In this document: positions 59,998 to 64,000 of the stretch, in pieces
How the letters are laid out: every line of letters begins with the position of its first letter
How positions within the stretch are numbered: the stretch's first letter is position 1
DNA from: a virus
Length of the DNA stretch: 64,000 nucleotides
Direction: 5' to 3' (one strand)
Virus record (IMG/VR): IMGVR_UViG_3300032294_003343
Span: 32,001-96,000 of that record
Notes under the pieces: model-generated
Databases searched by the model: none
What the model was told of the DNA's origin: nothing
What the model saw: only the letters and a program-made list of their open reading frames with translations
Program-made: the position numbers and the translations under genes

Positions 59998-62642
59998 TAT
60001 CTTACTCCTTGATTTTGATCTTGCTCATTGAAAAAAGGTGATTCTGTAGGTTCAGATTGGTTGGGGCTCTCTGGTAATTTAGTCACTCCAGCATCCATTG
60101 GGTATTTGACCATTGGTGTAATAATGTCAGGGTTCTTCAATAATTCTGTTGTTTCATAATAGTCTTTTCTTGCTTGCATAAGAGCTTGATACACTTCATT
60201 TCTGATAGCTCCTACTTGAGGCAAAATTCCATTAGGTGTAGCAATGATATTTGCCATTGGTATACCAAGTTTTTTCAAAGTATTCATTTGAACTTGCAAT
60301 GGTTTTAATTTTTGCAACAAAACTCGCTTTCTGATTAGGTGCTGAGAAATATTTTTCATACTAGACCATTCAGCTCTTTTTCTCTGAACTTCTATTAATT
60401 CTTTCTCATACTTGGCAAGTAAACCAGTCATTTGAGTTTTTTGAACGTTATTAAGATAATTTGGATTTATATTCTTAAAAGCATTTCTAAAAATATTTAA
60501 AGCAGCTTTGTATTGATTTTCCACATCTTTGCAAAAATCTAAGAAATCTTTCAACTTAACCTTAAAGTCTTCTGGTAAATCACCAACAGTATAGTCAGTT
60601 TTACCACCACCTAGTTGTACTATTTGTTGTTCGGCATTCTTGAGATTTTCTTCTTTTGTAGTAAGTTGTCCCATTAAGTATTGAGACTGAACTGAAAATT
60701 TTGCTAGAGCATTGGCATCCTGATCAGCAACACCAGCAGCTATTAAAGTTTCTTGTTGATTAACTAAAATTTGTCTGCCTCTATCAGTTAAATTTCCACT
60801 AGCATCATAAAACATTTGACTTTGAGGAGCGTTTTTACCAAATATATTAAGTTGCGCTAAAGATTCAATCAAGAGATTTTTCATATAAACAACAATTGGC
60901 AATAAAGTGTTAGCTGCTTGTGTCCATCTCCCCTTAAATACTTCTGAAAGAATTTGACTTCCAATATCTTTGATAGCAATTGTACCTATAACTATTGAAC
61001 CTACAGTTGTAATAAGAGTAATTATTTTAGAAATAGCAACTGTTAATTTATTAGTTGAAATCTCTGGATTGCCTACTTGGGCATTATATTGAGCAGTTTT
61101 TATATTTGAATTATTACTGGCTGTAGATGTTTTGTCTGATAGTATGCTTTGTTCGATATTTTGAAATTCTGTCTGTATAGAGCTTTCAGATATTGTGTTT
61201 GATTGAACTTGAGAAATAACATTTTTTACAGAAGTAGAAAATGTAATGAAGAAATTAATTATTTTCTTTACAGTAGGATCATTTGTTAAACTTTTGGCAA
61301 ATTCAATAAATCTTTGATATTGACCACCAATAGCATCAAAAATTTCTCTCAAACCCTTTAACACATCATTCTTAACTTTTTGATCTATTCTAGGAGCAGT
61401 TTGAGCATAAATATGTTTGGTTACCTCAGGGCTTGCCAATTTTAAAAATTTGTGATGAGAATTACTAAAAGGCACTCTACTTTCTGGAATTTGCGGAAAA
61501 TTCTGAGTATTAGAATTATAAATATCTTCTGATGGACGATTTCTTCTAGTTTCAGGAGAAGTATCCCCGCCAAATATACTTGAAGCTTGATTTAATATAA
61601 TTTTAGCAGATCTTAAGTCATAATACATACTTCGAAGTGCTCTAAACATTGGCTGTGTGACTAAAAATTTAAATGCCTCTCCCATGCCTTTTATCAATTC
61701 TACTAATTGCTTATTGGCTTCTTCAGTTTTCATCATGTCAAAGATTGCTCTTTGCATATTGAACTTTTGTTCTTGTGAATTAAGTGCATCTCTACTTTGT
61801 TGGAATCTTCTTCTGATTTCCTCACTTTGATCTGGAAGACTTGCCTGAGAAAGCGAAATTAGCTGATTGAAAATCAATTGGTCTTGAGGATCTTTTGATA
61901 AATAACCAAGGTTAACTTTAGGTTGATTTCCAGCAACAGCATCTCTTAATACAGAAAAAATATCAATAGTTGGATTGAGTTTTTGATAGTCGCAAGCCAA
62001 ATCAATAATATTTTTTACTGTATTCATTTGCAACTTCTGACCATAATGTTCTATGAAGAAGTGTAATATGTCAGATGCTTTGGCATTACAAACTCTCGAT
62101 TTATTAATACAATAATCAATAATTCCAATGACATCAGTGAAAGGCAATTTTAATTTTTCCTCAAATTGATAAAAAATTTCACGAGCTTCATCAGCATTCA
62201 TCATCATATTGAGGCGAGCAATTATTGTATCTTTTGTTTCCAAATAAGGTGCAAACTTAGAACCTGGATCTTCTGTAGCTCTTGCACCTTCTTGTATTTG
62301 TTCTCTTACATAATCAGCCACTGAACTTGATTGATTTGCTCCAGAACCAGAATTATTTTGAGCCATCCATCTTTCAAGAAAAACGTCATTATTTGTTCGT
62401 CCTGGAGCAATTGTTGTGTTTAGAAAGGTAACTACATAAGGTCTTTTTAAAAATGCTACTCTATCAGCAGGAGTTGGTAAAGCATTCAATTGTCTAAAAA
62501 GATCATTCATGTCAGCAACTTGAGCAGTAACAATCTTTTTCTCTAAAATTATGTTACTGGCCAGGATCTTGGTGCTGTCAGAAATATCAGACGAATCCTG
62601 ACTCACAGATGATAATAAAGTTTCATTGAATACTAATTTCAT
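59997..62642 (-). CDS. Helical hypothetical protein (881 aa), possible internal/ejected virion protein
   Basis: Coiled-coil character, one long hydrophobic segment, IVTAQ, HIYAQ and IKTAQ motifs. Confidence 0.75.
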   Translation of the reverse strand: MKLVFNETLLSSVSQDSSDISDSTKILASNIILEKKIVTAQVADMNDLFRQLNALPTPADRVAFLKRPYVVTFLNTTIAPGRTNNDVFLERWMAQNNSGSGANQSSSVADYVREQIQEGARATEDPGSKFAPYLETKDTIIARLNMMMNADEAREIFYQFEEKLKLPFTDVIGIIDYCINKSRVCNAKASDILHFFIEHYGQKLQMNTVKNIIDLACDYQKLNPTIDIFSVLRDAVAGNQPKVNLGYLSKDPQDQLIFNQLISLSQASLPDQSEEIRRRFQQSRDALNSQEQKFNMQRAIFDMMKTEEANKQLVELIKGMGEAFKFLVTQPMFRALRSMYYDLRSAKIILNQASSIFGGDTSPETRRNRPSEDIYNSNTQNFPQIPESRVPFSNSHHKFLKLASPEVTKHIYAQTAPRIDQKVKNDVLKGLREIFDAIGGQYQRFIEFAKSLTNDPTVKKIINFFITFSTSVKNVISQVQSNTISESSIQTEFQNIEQSILSDKTSTASNNSNIKTAQYNAQVGNPEISTNKLTVAISKIITLITTVGSIVIGTIAIKDIGSQILSEVFKGRWTQAANTLLPIVVYMKNLLIESLAQLNIFGKNAPQSQMFYDASGNLTDRGRQILVNQQETLIAAGVADQDANALAKFSVQSQYLMGQLTTKEENLKNAEQQIVQLGGGKTDYTVGDLPEDFKVKLKDFLDFCKDVENQYKAALNIFRNAFKNINPNYLNNVQKTQMTGLLAKYEKELIEVQRKRAEWSSMKNISQHLIRKRVLLQKLKPLQVQMNTLKKLGIPMANIIATPNGILPQVGAIRNEVYQALMQARKDYYETTELLKNPDIITPMVKYPMDAGVTKLPESPNQSEPTESPFFNEQDQNQGVR

Positions 62643-62647
62643 AAGGT

Positions 62648-62824
62648 TTATTCTGCTTTTGTAATTTTAAATGTAGATGTTGAACAGTGCGGGCATTTGC
62701 CTTGAAGTGCATGTCTACTACTCTTCATCACAATTTTCTTAGGAGCGGAAACCATAACCATAGTTCTGCACTTTACACAATACATATTATGGGTTGTTCC
62801 TGCGTCTGTAATTTCTGAACTCAT
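62648..62824 (-). CDS. DUF5679-type zinc-ribbon protein, 58 aa (not in the ORF track)
   Basis: Hand translation MSSEITDAGTTHNMYCVKCRTMVMVSAPKKIVMKSSRHALQGKCPHCSTSTFKITKAE; SD AAGGAG. Confidence 0.85.
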   Translation of the reverse strand: MSSEITDAGTTHNMYCVKCRTMVMVSAPKKIVMKSSRHALQGKCPHCSTSTFKITKAE

Positions 62825-62847
62825 TTTCGAGTACTCCTTATTTAAGA

Positions 62848-62873
62848 TTTCGTAGGATATTGTACAATTACCT
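62848..62873 (-). promoter_or_regulatory. Putative promoter AGG-N19-GAAA within an imperfect palindrome, heading the long minus-strand block
   Basis: Minus strand cAGGtaattgtacaatatcctacGAAAt. Confidence 0.5.
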
Positions 62874-62901
62874 GTATATCCCTATAATTAAAAAATAAAA
62901 T

Positions 62902-63246
62902 ATGCCTAGATACGAATACTTATGTGAATGCTCAACTGAACCTAAATCATTCACGATATCTCTTTCTTTTAGTGAATACCAACCTGTAATTCCTTGCCCT
63001 TGTGGAAATGGTGAAGCTAAACGTGTTTTTAATAGCTTTACAGTTCAAGAAGGATTGACAGCAAAAGAAAAACAATTCGGTACCACTGTTAAAAGAAAAC
63101 AAATGACTGAATTTGTCAAAGATCAAAAATCTGTTAGAAAAAATTCTTATGATCCAAATTCAAGAGAAGCTAAATCAAACGAGTATTGGACTGGAAAAGA
63201 AGGATTGGACGGTATAACATCTTTACCTGTGAATAAAAAGGATTAA
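62902..63246 (+). CDS. FmdB-family zinc-ribbon protein
   Basis: MPRYEYLCEC...F...PCPCG..A.RVF matches the MP.YEY.C..C pattern. Confidence 0.8.
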   Translation: MPRYEYLCECSTEPKSFTISLSFSEYQPVIPCPCGNGEAKRVFNSFTVQEGLTAKEKQFGTTVKRKQMTEFVKDQKSVRKNSYDPNSREAKSNEYWTGKEGLDGITSLPVNKKD

Positions 63247-63249
63247 AAT

Positions 63250-64000
63250 ATGAATGAAAGTGTAAATCAAGAGCCAGAATCATTTATCGTGCAAAATGTT
63301 ACTCTTGGCCCACATTATGTAAGTGATATTAGATTGAATTTCGGTCCATTACAAGCAATTGATCTTACTTGGGAAGATCCTAAAGTAGTAAAAGCTTCTA
63401 AGGATTTGAGAAATTCATTAAGACTTGGATTGTTAAGAAAAATCTCTCCTGAACAATTTGACACAATCGAAGAGAGAGCTGCAATTAAGGGTAAGAAAGA
63501 ATTACTCAAACAACAAAGTGATAATAATCTTCGAACTGTTGATGTAGATGGAAAGACAATTGAAGCTGAAAGCATTGATGCTGAAAAGGCATATAAAAGC
63601 AAAAATGATGTAACTACAGCTGGATATGCGAATGATTCACTTTCATACGCAATGGCTTTAGATATTGCTCAAACACAAGCAGAACTCCAAGGCGAAGACT
63701 TATCAGTTGAGCAATTTGCAGACAAAGTTCAAAAAAATCCTGGCATAATCAATCAACTACTGGCTCAACAAAAGAACCTAGATGCAAATAGCTCTGTATC
63801 AGGAGTGGAGACTAGAGGAAGAGCATTTGTAGCCGAACCTCCTAGTGATGCAATAAGGGGCTCAAGTGTAAGAGAAGTAGAGATGACAAATTACAATCGT
63901 GATAGAAGAGTAGCAGGAGCTGATTTCAACTATAACGATACAGGTGATGATGGTTATGATTCAATTGCTGATGCTATTGATTTAGAAGCTGATATGGGCG
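63250..64000 (+). CDS. Hypothetical protein, 3'-truncated by the window edge (not in the ORF track)
   Basis: ATG at 63250 after AAGGA; frame open to the end (MNESVNQEPESFIVQNVTLGPHYVSDIRLNFGP...DAIDLEADMG). Confidence 0.85.
   Translation, partial: MNESVNQEPESFIVQNVTLGPHYVSDIRLNFGPLQAIDLTWEDPKVVKASKDLRNSLRLGLLRKISPEQFDTIEERAAIKGKKELLKQQSDNNLRTVDVDGKTIEAESIDAEKAYKSKNDVTTAGYANDSLSYAMALDIAQTQAELQGEDLSVEQFADKVQKNPGIINQLLAQQKNLDANSSVSGVETRGRAFVAEPPSDAIRGSSVREVEMTNYNRDRRVAGADFNYNDTGDDGYDSIADAIDLEADMG

Noticed and set aside
63315-63602. Minus-strand 95-aa ORF in the track
   Set aside because: Shadow of the longer + strand CDS starting at 63250 that runs off the window
1-64000. Stop-codon reassignment, as seen in some huge phages
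   Set aside because: Very long ORFs are intact in code 11; TAG (4051, 24478, 37212) and TGA (8231, 13057, 14719, 28316) end genes at sensible boundaries

Overview
AT-rich, very densely coding 64-kb segment that looks like part of a jumbo/huge tailed-phage genome read in the standard genetic code (TAA, TAG and TGA all end genes; ORFs up to 3472 aa are uninterrupted). Left end, + strand: a true DNA gyrase pair (5'-truncated gyrB, gyrA with GyrA-box), then small virion-type genes and two paralogous tail-tube-like genes. From 7354 to 62824 nearly everything is on the - strand. That block holds a chaperone/protease cluster (divergent DUF151 nuclease, MerC-family protein, DnaK, Zn-finger protein, UvsW-like SF2 helicase, possible holin, DnaJ, trypsin-like protease, signal peptidase I, subtilase). 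It continues with about 39 kb of very large modular tail/baseplate/adhesin proteins (vWA, PA14, SwmB, beta-propellers, 14 PKD domains, RCC1 repeats), an Asn/Ile-rich 1294-aa protein and two putative internal-virion proteins sharing K-x-A-Q-type motifs. Three CDS are missing from the ORF track: a 23-aa peptide at 10462, a DUF5679-type Zn ribbon at 62648 and a 3'-truncated gene at 63250. I saw no tRNA, rRNA, CRISPR, integrase or transposase. Best leads: (i) a phage proteostasis/maturation module whose Hsp70 has lost the GrpE-dependence determinants; (ii) two promoter grammars, AGG-N19/20-GAA(T) and a leaderless TAnnnT-N6/7-ATG; (iii) a perfect 20-bp-arm palindrome on the helicase promoter; (iv) a hairpin-flanked antisense micro-ORF; (v) recurrent candidate processing motifs; (vi) nested domain architecture in the tail proteins. 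All family assignments come from motif recognition by eye, not from database searches.
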